A stretch of 64,000 nt of DNA from Pseudomonadota bacterium (GTDB lineage: Bacteria; Campylobacterota; Campylobacteria; Campylobacterales; Sulfurimonadaceae): assembly GCA_043797085.1 (NCBI GenBank), contig JAZDQA010000013.1, forward strand, positions 128,001-192,000, written 5' to 3'. The position numbers were made by a program, and so were the translations under genes. The number at the start of each line of letters is the position of its first letter. The stretch's first letter is position 1. Below the pieces are notes generated by a model. That model was not told where the DNA came from and made no database searches. It saw only the letters and a program-made list of their open reading frames with translations. Positions 22,397-32,280 of the stretch are shown here, in pieces.

Positions 22397-23617
22397 TTAT
22401 GCACCCTTACATTCAAACTGCAGTAAAAAGTTCTTGATATTTTTTGCTGCTTGTCGGATACGCTTGTCATTTTCGATCAAGGCAATACGAACATACTCAT
22501 CCCCGTATTCTCCAAAACCAATCCCCGGTGCAACGGCTACATTGGCTTCGACTAAAAGACGTTTTGAAAACTCTAAACTCCCTAAATGTCGAGCGCATTG
22601 CGGTATACGTGCCCATACAAACATAGAAGCTTGATTACGACGAACCGGCCATCCGACACGGTTAAATGCTTCAAGTAAAACATCTTGGCGATGATCGTAC
22701 TTGTCCGTAATTTCTTGGACACAGCTTTGATCGCCTTGAAGAGCTACTGTTGCTGCTACTTGAATTGGGGTAAACATCCCATAATCCAACCAACTTTTAA
22801 TTTTTTGAAGTGCTCCTATGAGTTTAGGGTTTCCAACGAAGAAGCCAACGCGCCATCCCGCCATATTGTAACTTTTAGAGAGGGTAAAACTCTCAACTGC
22901 CACATCTTTTGCCCCAGGTACGGACATAATCGATGGAGTTGTATATCCATCAAATGTCAAATCACCATACGCAATATCGCTGATAATGTAAAAACGTTCA
23001 CGCTTTGCCATAGCAACAATACGGGTATAAAAATCAGGCGTTACCGTAGCTGTTGTAGGATTGTGCGGAAAGTTTACCACCACATATTTCGGTTTAGGAA
23101 ATGAGATGTGGAATGCCGTTTCAAGGCGCTCAAAAAAAAGGTCCTCATCAACTTTGTAATCTTCATCAAACGGAAGTTCCATTTTTTGGACATTTCCACC
23201 GGCAAGAATAAAGGCATACGAGTGAATCGGATAGGTAGGATCAGGGACAACGGCAACATCTCCCGGATTGGTAATAGCGTATGCCAAATGCGCATATCCC
23301 TCTTTTGATCCCATCGTTGCGACGGCTTCGGTTTCAGGATCAAGATCAACGTCATAACGACGTTTATACCAGTCACAAATCGCCCCGCGAAGCTTTGGAA
23401 TCCCTTTTGATGCTGAATAACCATGAGTTTTGGTTTTTTGAGCTGATTCGATCAGTTTTTCTCGGATATGCTCAGGGGTATCACCGTCAGGATTTCCCAT
23501 ACTAAAATCAATAACATCCGCACCAGCGCGTCTGCGAGCCATTTTTAGCTCATTTACTTCAGCAAAAACGTATTTTGGAAGTCGTTTAATTCGATCAAAT
23601 TGGATTTCATCAAACAT
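22397..23617 (-). CDS. Class I/II PLP-dependent aminotransferase (AlaC / LL-DAP aminotransferase-like)
   Basis: NFPHNPT, DIAY, TLSKSYNMAGWRVG. Confidence 0.9.
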   Translation of the reverse strand: MFDEIQFDRIKRLPKYVFAEVNELKMARRRAGADVIDFSMGNPDGDTPEHIREKLIESAQKTKTHGYSASKGIPKLRGAICDWYKRRYDVDLDPETEAVATMGSKEGYAHLAYAITNPGDVAVVPDPTYPIHSYAFILAGGNVQKMELPFDEDYKVDEDLFFERLETAFHISFPKPKYVVVNFPHNPTTATVTPDFYTRIVAMAKRERFYIISDIAYGDLTFDGYTTPSIMSVPGAKDVAVESFTLSKSYNMAGWRVGFFVGNPKLIGALQKIKSWLDYGMFTPIQVAATVALQGDQSCVQEITDKYDHRQDVLLEAFNRVGWPVRRNQASMFVWARIPQCARHLGSLEFSKRLLVEANVAVAPGIGFGEYGDEYVRIALIENDKRIRQAAKNIKNFLLQFECKGA

Positions 23618-23700
23618 GATGTGTACCTGCCATTAAAAAATTGTGCAATTCTAGCACTTTTCGACTACTCTCAAGCTTATAAGGGTATTTTATTCCCTTA

Positions 23701-24333
23701 TTACTCCTCCTTGTAGTGTTCTATCCACATTCCTTCTTTAAGAAGTTTCATCCCATTGGTGTTGGCAATTTTTAAATACATGGCTCCAGCTGGTAGAGCA
23801 AAGCTCATTCTTTCTTCTGCTTTGAACGTACGAATTGAACTAAGAATTCCCATATTTGCGTCCAATACGGCTATCTCAGGATACCACTTATTGCCATAAG
23901 GTGCTTCAATGGTTAATGCATTGGATTGATTAACGATAAACCATGATGGAACTGCCGTTTTTTCCATCTGTGCCCCTTCATCAGGGGTAATCGCCGGTAC
24001 TTGCCAAAGCAGTGAAGAAGCATCTATCTCTATGATCCATTTTTTATCTCGAACAGTTCCTGCGGTAATAACAAAACCATTGTCGCGTAAAATTTCACTA
24101 AAGAATTTGGGCTGGAAAAGTTTTCTGCCGCTTAAAGAAATTTCCATGCGTGTCATCTCGCCATCGCTTTCATAATGACGAATATTAACACGCTGTCCAA
24201 TGGTACTAAAAGCTTGGAGAATGATTTTAGAAGAGAGAATATTTCCGTGATCAACACGGAGCTGGACTTCTGTTTTGATATCACCTGCTGCTAATGAAAA
24301 AGTAAAAATTACGAACCAAACAAGAAGCTTCAC
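23701..24333 (-). CDS. Hypothetical exported protein
   Basis: 210-aa ORF with a signal peptide (MKLLVWFVIFTFSLAA), coupled to the upstream gene. Confidence 0.75.
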   Translation of the reverse strand: MKLLVWFVIFTFSLAAGDIKTEVQLRVDHGNILSSKIILQAFSTIGQRVNIRHYESDGEMTRMEISLSGRKLFQPKFFSEILRDNGFVITAGTVRDKKWIIEIDASSLLWQVPAITPDEGAQMEKTAVPSWFIVNQSNALTIEAPYGNKWYPEIAVLDANMGILSSIRTFKAEERMSFALPAGAMYLKIANTNGMKLLKEGMWIEHYKEE

Positions 24334-25169
24334 TACCAGTTGCTTCCCTTATTTTTAATATTAAATTCTTCCAATGTAAGCTGCTGAAGTGATCCATTTT
24401 CATACGTAAACCAAACCGTATTTCTCTCTTTTAGTATCTTATTGCCTGAAGAAGTCACTATCTCTAAACGACCGTGTCCAAAAACGAAAAGCCAGTTCTT
24501 AGTGCTATCAATCAAAATAGGATCTTTGGTAACTTTTTGCGTTTTTTCTCCCGTTGCCAAATCCATCATGCCTACCCATACTTTTGAAGAGGGTTTGATA
24601 CTAAGAACATCCGAAAAATTTAAAATCTTACCCTTTGTATCCATACGGATAATACTCGTGTTGTGTTCTTGTGTGAGCTGTGTTGCATTGATCTCAGTCA
24701 TATTAATATCAATGATCGCATTCACGTCACTGGCATTTATTTCACTTGAGTTACTGTCTACAACCTCGATGGATGCACTGCTTAACTCCATAACTTCTTC
24801 TTTGGGAGCGACACTAAACTCCCCTTGCATCATTGAACCAATTAGCATTAAAAGAATAATTGCACCTATCGCCCCAAATATCCACAACGTACGCGAATTA
24901 GAAGAAGCTTGTAAGACAGCAGACGGTTTTTCAATAGCTATATCAGGATTAAGACCAACATAAGCATCATATTCACTGCGCAATGATTCAAGATTTACCC
25001 CGTATTCACGCTCCAAAATAGAAACAAAACCCATAAATTGAACACGCTTTAATTCATCAAAAGATTTATGCAATACCTGTTCAAGTTTAGCTCGTGAAAT
25101 ATGGGTGCGCTCATGTATACTATTTGCCCCAAGCTCTTGCAAATCTTCAAAGGACTTTATCGTACTCAT
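24333..25169 (-). CDS. RodZ-like membrane protein (N-terminal HTH-like region, one TM, periplasmic domain)
   Basis: IHERTHISRAKLE...FMGFVSILEREY resembles the RodZ HTH; central TM; VWVG in the C-domain. Confidence 0.65.
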   Translation of the reverse strand: MSTIKSFEDLQELGANSIHERTHISRAKLEQVLHKSFDELKRVQFMGFVSILEREYGVNLESLRSEYDAYVGLNPDIAIEKPSAVLQASSNSRTLWIFGAIGAIILLMLIGSMMQGEFSVAPKEEVMELSSASIEVVDSNSSEINASDVNAIIDINMTEINATQLTQEHNTSIIRMDTKGKILNFSDVLSIKPSSKVWVGMMDLATGEKTQKVTKDPILIDSTKNWLFVFGHGRLEIVTSSGNKILKERNTVWFTYENGSLQQLTLEEFNIKNKGSNW

Positions 25170-25843
25170 CGCATTCTCTCCATTAAAATTGCTCCGGCTA
25201 CTCCCACATTAAGCGAATCAAAGTCGTGCGCCATCTCAATGGAAACACCGTGATCAAGCCCTTTTTCAACACGACCGCTTAAGCCCTCGCCCTCACTGCC
25301 CAAAATCAACGCACGCTTGGAATCAAAACTCATCTCACGTACGTTTTTACCCTCAAGCGTTGCCCCATAGAGCGTAAATCCTGACTGCTTAAGCTCATGC
25401 ATAACATCATGGATATTATGGACAACGACGATAGGTAAGTCCAGCGCCGCCCCGCTGCTCGTTCGAATTAACGCTTCCAAGTTTGGTTCTCGGATACCGG
25501 TAATTACAAGAGCTTCCACTCCAAGAGCATACGCACTTCGCACCAGTGAACCCATGTTTCCCATATCGGTGATAGAGCTTAACACAACGATAAAACCGCA
25601 TTTTTTCAAAAAAGGAGACGCATACGGGACAATTTGAGAAATCTCGGCAATGTAGCCTTGGTGATTTCCCCCTTTAACCATGGATTGCGCTGCAATCTCT
25701 GGAATTCGTTTAATCTCAAAACCCATTTTCATCAATTGACCGTACTCTTTTTTATCAATCTCTTTGGCAAGATAGAGTGTTTTTATCCGATCGCGATGTC
25801 GTTCAAGTGCATAAAATACCGGTTGTTTTCCATAGATAAGCAT
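25166..25843 (-). CDS. rlmB: 23S rRNA G2251 2'-O-methyltransferase RlmB-like
   Basis: IYGKQPV, NHQG, ITDMGNMG..RSA, GSEGEG, DSLNV. Confidence 0.85.
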   Translation of the reverse strand: MLIYGKQPVFYALERHRDRIKTLYLAKEIDKKEYGQLMKMGFEIKRIPEIAAQSMVKGGNHQGYIAEISQIVPYASPFLKKCGFIVVLSSITDMGNMGSLVRSAYALGVEALVITGIREPNLEALIRTSSGAALDLPIVVVHNIHDVMHELKQSGFTLYGATLEGKNVREMSFDSKRALILGSEGEGLSGRVEKGLDHGVSIEMAHDFDSLNVGVAGAILMERMR

Positions 25844-25856
25844 AGTTTGTAATTCC

Positions 25857-26666
25857 TTATAAGTTTAAGAGGCGGGTATAGCACTCTTTTGGGTTTTCGC
25901 CGGTAATTTTGGCGATGAGCTTGGATGCCGCTTTTTTAGGTATATCTAGAGCAAGTATGTCGGCTTCATTCAAACTTGCACCGCAAGAAGCGGAAGCTTC
26001 AATAACCACGACCCATTCACCCCGAATCTCACCTTCCATCTTAGAAAGGAGTTCAGAAGCAGTTCCTTGATAAAAACGCTGATATTTTTTAGTAATCTCT
26101 TTGGCTAAAAACACTCGACGCACCGGTGCTGAAACGACAAGTTCATGGAGTAGTTTATCCAAACGTTTGGGAGATTCATAGAGCACGGTGGTATAGCCGT
26201 TGAAAAGAGCCTCTTGAAGGGCAGCGGAACGGTCATTGCCTTTGTGCGGTAAAAATCCGAAAAAGAGCATTTTTGTCTCACAAAAGCCACTTGCGACGAA
26301 TGCACTCAATACCGCATTAGCTCCCGGTAAAATATCGTACTTAACCCCATTATCCAAACAATACCGTACCAACAATTGCCCAGGATCACTAATCCCCGGC
26401 ATTCCCGCATCACTGACATACAGCACATTCGCGTTAAAAAAATCTGGGGTGAGTTTGGAAACAAATTCTGCTTCATTGTGAGAATGGAGACTTAAAAACT
26501 GTGGTTCACTCGTCGTTAGATTATGACGTTCTTTGAGTAAGTGTATGAGTTTTTTAGTAACACGAGTATCTTCACACAAAATTATGTCAGCAGTAGAGAG
26601 AACTTCAAGGGAACGAATGGAGATATCGGAAATATTACCGATAGGAGTAGGTACAAGAGATAACAT
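25857..26666 (-). CDS. rsmI: 16S rRNA C1402 2'-O-methyltransferase
   Basis: VPTPIGN, CEDTRVT, SDAGMPGISDPG, YESPKR, KEITK. Confidence 0.96.
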   Translation of the reverse strand: MLSLVPTPIGNISDISIRSLEVLSTADIILCEDTRVTKKLIHLLKERHNLTTSEPQFLSLHSHNEAEFVSKLTPDFFNANVLYVSDAGMPGISDPGQLLVRYCLDNGVKYDILPGANAVLSAFVASGFCETKMLFFGFLPHKGNDRSAALQEALFNGYTTVLYESPKRLDKLLHELVVSAPVRRVFLAKEITKKYQRFYQGTASELLSKMEGEIRGEWVVVIEASASCGASLNEADILALDIPKKAASKLIAKITGENPKECYTRLLNL

Positions 26667-26707
26667 TATTCTCTCTTTAATTTTAGTTTTTTCTATGATT
26701 CAAGAAA

Positions 26708-26784
26708 AATCTGCCTCGCTAGAGGCTAGCTTCAGTGCCTTAGCGGCTAGCGAAGCCATCGGGGCTTTTGCCTCGATGGCGTTC
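26708..26784 (-). repeat. Three-hairpin intergenic repeat, copy C (after rpmE)
   Basis: AATCTGCCTCGCTAGAGGCTAGCTTCAGTGCCTTAGCGGCTAGCGAA-GCCATCGGGGC tttt GCCTCGATGGC-GTTC. Confidence 0.85.
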
Positions 26785-26787
26785 AAA

Positions 26788-26991
26788 TTACTGATTTAAC
26801 GCGTAACGTTTTTTGAACTTGTCGATACGTCCAGCAGTGTCTACTTGGCGCTCAGAACCGGTATAAAACGGGTGACATTCATTACAAATATCAACACGAA
26901 TAGCAGCTTTTGTGCTTTTTGTTGTGAATGTGTTACCGCATGCGCAGCTAACAGTACATTCAACAGTATTAGGGTGAAGTTCTTTTTTCAT
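26788..26991 (-). CDS. rpmE: 50S ribosomal protein L31 (zinc-binding type, 67 aa)
   Basis: MKKELHP...CACG...[10 protein letters not shown]...[10 protein letters not shown]; start at 26991. Confidence 0.97.
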   Translation of the reverse strand: MKKELHPNTVECTVSCACGNTFTTKSTKAAIRVDICNECHPFYTGSERQVDTAGRIDKFKKRYALNQ

Positions 26992-27074
26992 AATATGACC
27001 TTGTGAGTGACGGCGTTGTACGTCAATCGGTTTGAGTTTTACATCCATACCTGGGGACGGATTGTTGGACGCGA

Positions 27075-27080
27075 ATTATA
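27075..27080 (-). promoter_or_regulatory. Putative -10 box for rpmE
   Basis: TATAAT followed by GC-rich TCGCGTCC on the minus strand. Confidence 0.55.
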
Positions 27081-27097
27081 TCCAAAACTTTTTAAAT

Positions 27098-27766
27098 TTA
27101 CAACCTCATCGAAGCAATCGCCACGGCTGCGGTCTCGGAGCGTAAAATCATCGGCAGATTAAAATGGCGAATACGGTGTGAACTGTACGATTTACGCTCA
27201 CTCTCATCAAAGCCACCCTCACATCCAATCACCACGGTTTCAAAAGTTTCATTTTGATCCAAAGCTTCCCCGCCAAAATCAAGAACAATCCCTTCGGGAT
27301 TTGCATTCAAAAACGTACTAAGCGCTGGTGTTTCAGAAAATTCTATCAAAGAAGTCCGCCCGCATTGCATCATAGCACTTTCCATAATGCGATTAAATCG
27401 CTCAAAATCGAGTCGAAAGTTTCGTTGTGACCGCTTGCAATGGATTAACGTGATTTTTGAAACACCAAGTTCCATCAACATAGGCAAGGTTTTTTCAATC
27501 GTTTTTGGATCAACGATACACCATCCGATATGAAGCTTTTTAGGTGCTTCACAAAGAGAGTTTAATGAACTTTCACGTATAAAATAGGCATTACGCCCAT
27601 CGGTTTTCTCTAAGCGATAATGATGAGCGATATTTAACGTATCACGATGACGAAAAACGATAAGATCACCCACTACGTGACGGCGTACTTTGATCAGATA
27701 TTTGTACTCTTCGCCTGAAATAATCAGCTCATCTGAACCTGCTTTTGGATCGAGCATAAACTTCAT
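27098..27766 (-). CDS. rsmE: 16S rRNA U1498 methyltransferase
   Basis: ELGVSKI, AMMQCGR, IGCEGGF, ILRSETA; likely start 27766. Confidence 0.93.
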   Translation of the reverse strand: MKFMLDPKAGSDELIISGEEYKYLIKVRRHVVGDLIVFRHRDTLNIAHHYRLEKTDGRNAYFIRESSLNSLCEAPKKLHIGWCIVDPKTIEKTLPMLMELGVSKITLIHCKRSQRNFRLDFERFNRIMESAMMQCGRTSLIEFSETPALSTFLNANPEGIVLDFGGEALDQNETFETVVIGCEGGFDESERKSYSSHRIRHFNLPMILRSETAAVAIASMRL

Positions 27767-28173
27767 ACGATCATCCAAAGTGTTATACCAAGCAATAACG
27801 CCATCTCTATTCCTAAATAACGAAAAGCTTTACGTTTATAAAGAGCAAATGCCCCCTCTTGCGTAATATCCGTACGACGCTTGAGTGTTTTATATCGCTT
27901 GGCTTCCAAAACAATCATAACGATACCCACAACAATCATCGCATCATTAGCAAAAGTAAAATGCAAATGTTTTGCTGCCATCATTATCGCACCCGTCAAG
28001 AGAATCAACGCAATTAATGATGCCGAAATGGGCATAACAATTCGCATTCGTTTAGCATACCGAATGACCTGATTGCTCAAAGCAAGCATCGTAATGTTGA
28101 ACATTACGACTCCCATCAACATCATAACCCCGACCGTGTGGATTTCTAATCCCATTGTATACATAGCTTCCAT
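27763..28173 (-). CDS. Hypothetical integral membrane protein (4 TM)
   Basis: Hydrophobic 136-aa ORF overlapping the rsmE start. Confidence 0.75.
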   Translation of the reverse strand: MEAMYTMGLEIHTVGVMMLMGVVMFNITMLALSNQVIRYAKRMRIVMPISASLIALILLTGAIMMAAKHLHFTFANDAMIVVGIVMIVLEAKRYKTLKRRTDITQEGAFALYKRKAFRYLGIEMALLLGITLWMIV

Positions 28174-28231
28174 AAAGTAGATTTTACCCTATTTTGTCTA
28201 TAATGACTTAAAACGTGGCAAGGGAGTTTAC

Positions 28232-29449
28232 ATGGCAGTAACCGTTGAAGAGGCTTTAGCACTTATTTACACATATGCACATCCTCTTGGAAGTGAAATC
28301 ATTCCTATTGAAAACGCTCTTGGACGAGTATTAGCGGAAGAAATTATTGCATCTCATTGTCTCCCGCCGTATGATAATTCTGCTATGGATGGATACGCTG
28401 TTACGATCGCTGATACGGGTAAAACTCTGCCTCAATCGTGCGTAATTTTTGCAGGAGATAAAGACGATATTCGTATGGTTGAAGATCAATGTATCCGCAT
28501 TATGACCGGTGCAAAGATTCCTCAAGGATGTGAAGCCATTGTCCCCATCGAAGAAGTGACCCTTATCGATAACAATGTCACCCTCCCCTCTACCATCAAA
28601 GCGTCTCAACACATACGACTCAAAGGGGAAGACATTCAAGCAGGCACTTTGCTCCTCAAAAATGGAACACTGCTTCATGCGCACCATCTCACCTTGCTTG
28701 CCTCTCAAGGACGTACTCACGTGCGTGCCTTTAGATCACCGCGTGTTGCCTTGTTTGCTTCAGGAAATGAGCTTAAAATGCATTTTGAAACAATCCAATC
28801 GCATCAGCTTTACAACACCAATACCCCAACCTTCGCTGCCCGCGCACGCGAGCTTGGATGCGATGTCATTTTTACCGGAACGGCTGAAGATACCATGGAA
28901 AGCATTCAAAGCCATATCAAAAGCACACTGGATGCCGATTTTATTATCACTTCCGGCGGGGTGAGTGTCGGCGATGCGGATTATACTAAAGAGGCATTTA
29001 GCACACTTGGGATGGAAACCTTATTTGAATCAGTCGAAATCAAACCCGGTAAGCCCACTACCTTTGGTCGTATCGGGTCTACTCTCATTCTCAATCTTCC
29101 CGGAAATCCGCTTGCTGCCGCATTGTGTTTTGAACTCTTTGGTCAAAGTACGATTATGGCACTTAGCGGTCAAAGTGATAAATATATCAGCACCATCACC
29201 ACAAAAATTGCAGAACCTTTTAGAATGAAAAAAGGTCGACGCTCACTCATCCCGGGCTGGTTTGATGGAGCCGCTTTCACCCCATCCCCTGTTTTTGGAC
29301 CGGGGATGATACTCCCGTTGTCTCGGGCAAATAGCTTTATGATGGTGGATGCAAAGGTGGAGGGATTTAAAGAGGGAAATGAAGTAAAAATCATCCCCAC
29401 ACGATGGTGTATGAGTGCAGAAAATCAAACGTCGTTAGTGACGTTTTAA
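28232..29449 (+). CDS. moeA: Molybdopterin molybdotransferase MoeA
   Basis: NSAMDGYA, RIMTGA, SGNEL, TSGGVSVGDAD, IKPGKP, LPGNP. Confidence 0.96.
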   Translation: MAVTVEEALALIYTYAHPLGSEIIPIENALGRVLAEEIIASHCLPPYDNSAMDGYAVTIADTGKTLPQSCVIFAGDKDDIRMVEDQCIRIMTGAKIPQGCEAIVPIEEVTLIDNNVTLPSTIKASQHIRLKGEDIQAGTLLLKNGTLLHAHHLTLLASQGRTHVRAFRSPRVALFASGNELKMHFETIQSHQLYNTNTPTFAARARELGCDVIFTGTAEDTMESIQSHIKSTLDADFIITSGGVSVGDADYTKEAFSTLGMETLFESVEIKPGKPTTFGRIGSTLILNLPGNPLAAALCFELFGQSTIMALSGQSDKYISTITTKIAEPFRMKKGRRSLIPGWFDGAAFTPSPVFGPGMILPLSRANSFMMVDAKVEGFKEGNEVKIIPTRWCMSAENQTSLVTF

Positions 29450-30027
29450 ACGGTTGTGGGATTGGTAAACCCTTCGCCGCTTTTAACTCTCTCCCACAAC
29501 TTTGGATCGTTCCATTCCTGACATATTTCATCACTAAAATAGATTTTATCGAGGTCAATCAGTCCCATAATTTCCGAATAGGCATCTTCTCGAAAACACT
29601 GTGCATAGCCTGTCTCAGTCTCATGTACGATAATACTGCTAAGACGCACCATTTTTTCTCCATTGACTGTCTTGGTAAACCACATCAATTTATCAATCAT
29701 CACAAAAATCACGCGGCTAAACTGCTCAGCAGAGGGGGAAACCGGTAGTTGCACCCAACGCTGTGAATGACGTTTCATATCAGAAATATATGCTTCATCA
29801 TCTCCATCCCAAAGAGCAATAGAGTGATCAAAACTATCTATCAGTTCTTTCATCCCCTGCTTCATCAATCCAAAATCGTACACCATCTGACCATTATCAA
29901 GATACTGCGATTCAAACAGCACTTCCACTTTATACGAGTGCCCATGAAGCGATGTGCGACAACGCTGTGTAGAACAGCCACGAACGATATGGGCATTTTC
30001 AAATTTGAATGACTTTCTGATTATCAT
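29446..30027 (-). CDS. queD: 6-carboxytetrahydropterin synthase QueD (long form)
   Basis: FENAH..C..LHGHSY, DFG..K..FDH, PSAE, HETET. Confidence 0.92.
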   Translation of the reverse strand: MIIRKSFKFENAHIVRGCSTQRCRTSLHGHSYKVEVLFESQYLDNGQMVYDFGLMKQGMKELIDSFDHSIALWDGDDEAYISDMKRHSQRWVQLPVSPSAEQFSRVIFVMIDKLMWFTKTVNGEKMVRLSSIIVHETETGYAQCFREDAYSEIMGLIDLDKIYFSDEICQEWNDPKLWERVKSGEGFTNPTTV

Positions 30028-30030
30028 TGA

Positions 30031-30789
30031 TTACACTCCATGGTTTTGATCCCAAATACGGATATGCAAACGGTCACTGTAAATAAATCCTCGCCGTTTG
30101 CAAAACTCGATGACGGCTTCGCAGTTGGCTTCGATGTGGGCTTTATCACCACCAAGTGGCATGCAGTAGACGCCAGTATAAGGGTGAGGAGCGATAATCG
30201 TATCCATTTCCTCTTCCAAAACACTGACCAAAGAGGGTTCATCGACGCTGAACTTAAAAAAACTCCCGTTTGCGTTGGCAATAATAGAAGCGATTACCTC
30301 ATTCTTGTATCGTCGATCTATCGGTTCACCGCTGTTTGAAAGTTTTACCGATAACGCATAAATGGCTTCTTTGTAAAAAGGATATTTTACAAAATCAGGC
30401 GCAATTGTCGCATTGGTTTCGAACGTTACTCGATGACCCTGCGAAATCAAATAATCGATAAACTCTAAAAAAATCGGTTCATTCGCATAAATCAGCGGTT
30501 CACCACCCGTCAAAACAATATCGACATGAGGGGGAAGTTTGTAGCCGTTCATAATCCATATCAAAGTTTGAAGCTCTTCGATTTCCATCCACAAATCACC
30601 GAATCCCTTACGATCTACGGCATAGACCGTATCGCATCCGATAATTTTGCGTCCGTCAGGAGTTATTTCACTGCATCCAAATCCCTCACACTTGAGGTTA
30701 CATCCCCCAAAACGGAAAAAAAGAGAGGGAGTTCCAACATACTTTCCCTCACCTTGGACAGAATAAAAATGTTCAACTAAATAGAGCAT
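30031..30789 (-). CDS. queE: 7-carboxy-7-deazaguanine synthase QueE
   Basis: EHFYSVQGEG...FFRFGGCNLKC, TGGEP, ETN, SVKL, RLHIRIW; start MLYLVE at 30789. Confidence 0.93.
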   Translation of the reverse strand: MLYLVEHFYSVQGEGKYVGTPSLFFRFGGCNLKCEGFGCSEITPDGRKIIGCDTVYAVDRKGFGDLWMEIEELQTLIWIMNGYKLPPHVDIVLTGGEPLIYANEPIFLEFIDYLISQGHRVTFETNATIAPDFVKYPFYKEAIYALSVKLSNSGEPIDRRYKNEVIASIIANANGSFFKFSVDEPSLVSVLEEEMDTIIAPHPYTGVYCMPLGGDKAHIEANCEAVIEFCKRRGFIYSDRLHIRIWDQNHGV

Positions 30790-30790
30790 C

Positions 30791-31762
30791 TCACCCTCCT
30801 GTCTCATAAAATGCGCGCTTTGAGAGCTCACCGTCAGGATCACTCCAGCGATTTTTCTCTGGCTTCGTTCGAATGACTTCTTTGAGAACCAAAGCCGCTT
30901 CTTTTATATCTCCGCGTCGTATAGCGTCTCGAATACTCATCGCCTCATCAAAATACAAACACGGGATCAAGTTTCCTTCAGCAGTCAACCGGATACGATT
31001 GCACTTCGCACAAAAATCATCTTTATGAGGCTCTATAATCCCAAACTCGTATCCATTATCAAGTTTATAATAATGCGACGGTGAGTGCCCGTCAAATCCT
31101 TCATCACTGTAAGTATAACGGCTTCCGATAATCTCTAAAAGCTCAAAACTCTGCATCCCTTTAATATCAACCTCGGCATGAACGTTTTCCATGTATTCGA
31201 TAAAACGAACCGTCATATTTCGCTCTTTGCAAAACTCCAATACATCCAAAATCTCAGTATCATTCATCCCTTTCATCGGAACCATGTTTACTTTAATTCT
31301 AAAACCAACACTCAATGCCTCTTCAATTCCTGCTAGTACATGGCTTAAAACATCTTTTTTAGCGATTTTTTCGGCTATATCGGGGATGAGAGAATCAATC
31401 GAAACGTTAATACGGCGAAGCCCTGCATCATACAATTTTTGAGCAGCACCTTTTAGTAAATACGCATTGGTTGTCATCGCCAAATCAATGTCATTTTTGT
31501 AATCATGAATCATCTTTACAAAACGATCAAGATCTTCACGCAGCAATGGCTCTCCACCGGTAATACGGATTTTTTTAACGCCCGAATCAATGGATACTTT
31601 GATAAATTCAAACAGCTCTTCAAAGCTGAGAAGGTTCTCTTTTGGAACCCATGAAAAAGGTTTTTCGGGCATACAATACTGGCACCTAAAATTACATCTC
31701 TCGGTTACAGAAACACGTAAGTAATCAACGGTTCTGCCATAACTATCTATTAACACATTCAT
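30791..31762 (-). CDS. moaA: GTP 3',8-cyclase MoaA
   Basis: [26 protein letters not shown]...PCL, C-terminal GG. Confidence 0.97.
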   Translation of the reverse strand: MNVLIDSYGRTVDYLRVSVTERCNFRCQYCMPEKPFSWVPKENLLSFEELFEFIKVSIDSGVKKIRITGGEPLLREDLDRFVKMIHDYKNDIDLAMTTNAYLLKGAAQKLYDAGLRRINVSIDSLIPDIAEKIAKKDVLSHVLAGIEEALSVGFRIKVNMVPMKGMNDTEILDVLEFCKERNMTVRFIEYMENVHAEVDIKGMQSFELLEIIGSRYTYSDEGFDGHSPSHYYKLDNGYEFGIIEPHKDDFCAKCNRIRLTAEGNLIPCLYFDEAMSIRDAIRRGDIKEAALVLKEVIRTKPEKNRWSDPDGELSKRAFYETGG

Positions 31763-31838
31763 CCTTGGGATAAGTCATTGTGTGCGATAGTATCTAAAAG
31801 TAGTTTGGAGTTTTATTTAGTAGGGGAATTAGAAAGAA

Positions 31839-31865
31839 AATCTGCCTCCAAAAAGGCAAATTTAG
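31839..31865 (-). repeat. Partial copy of the three-hairpin repeat (terminal hairpin only), after the cytochrome c gene
   Basis: AATCTGCCTCCAAAAAGGCAAATTTAG matches the AATCTGCCTC-N4-GAGGC end of the element. Confidence 0.5.
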
Positions 31866-31875
31866 CTGGTTTTAT

Positions 31876-32271
31876 TTACCAACCGCGTACAACTGCATGG
31901 CACGCTGTACACGCATTTACGATTTCAGAATACGATTGATGCGCTTTAGAATACTCTTTTTTAGTAAGTGCTTTTAAAAGATCAGACGAAGCACTATCAA
32001 TACGTTTAGATGCATTGAAAGCGATATTACTCATATGCTGTTTATCTTTTGGAAGATATTTTTTGCTCGCATCGACATTGTGGAAAAGAGCATTCGCTTT
32101 TTGAATTTCGCTTACTCCGCCTTGAATCAAATTAGGAGCATTATAAAGAAACCCTTTTTGTATATTGCTCAAACCATTTTCCATTTGACTCATATTCAAT
32201 ATCATGGTTTCATCGGCTGCCAAACCAGCACTTAAAAGTGCTGATAAAGCCAAAATTTTTACTATTTTCAT
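31876..32271 (-). CDS. Periplasmic class II (cytochrome c'-like) cytochrome c
   Basis: Signal peptide, helical sequence, single C-terminal CTACH heme motif. Confidence 0.85.
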   Translation of the reverse strand: MKIVKILALSALLSAGLAADETMILNMSQMENGLSNIQKGFLYNAPNLIQGGVSEIQKANALFHNVDASKKYLPKDKQHMSNIAFNASKRIDSASSDLLKALTKKEYSKAHQSYSEIVNACTACHAVVRGW

Positions 32272-32280
32272 TTTTGCTCC

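Noticed and set aside
29446..30789. queD/queE as part of a dpd 7-deazaguanine DNA-modification defence system
   Set aside because: No dpdA/tgt-like or other dpd genes nearby; the context is housekeeping.
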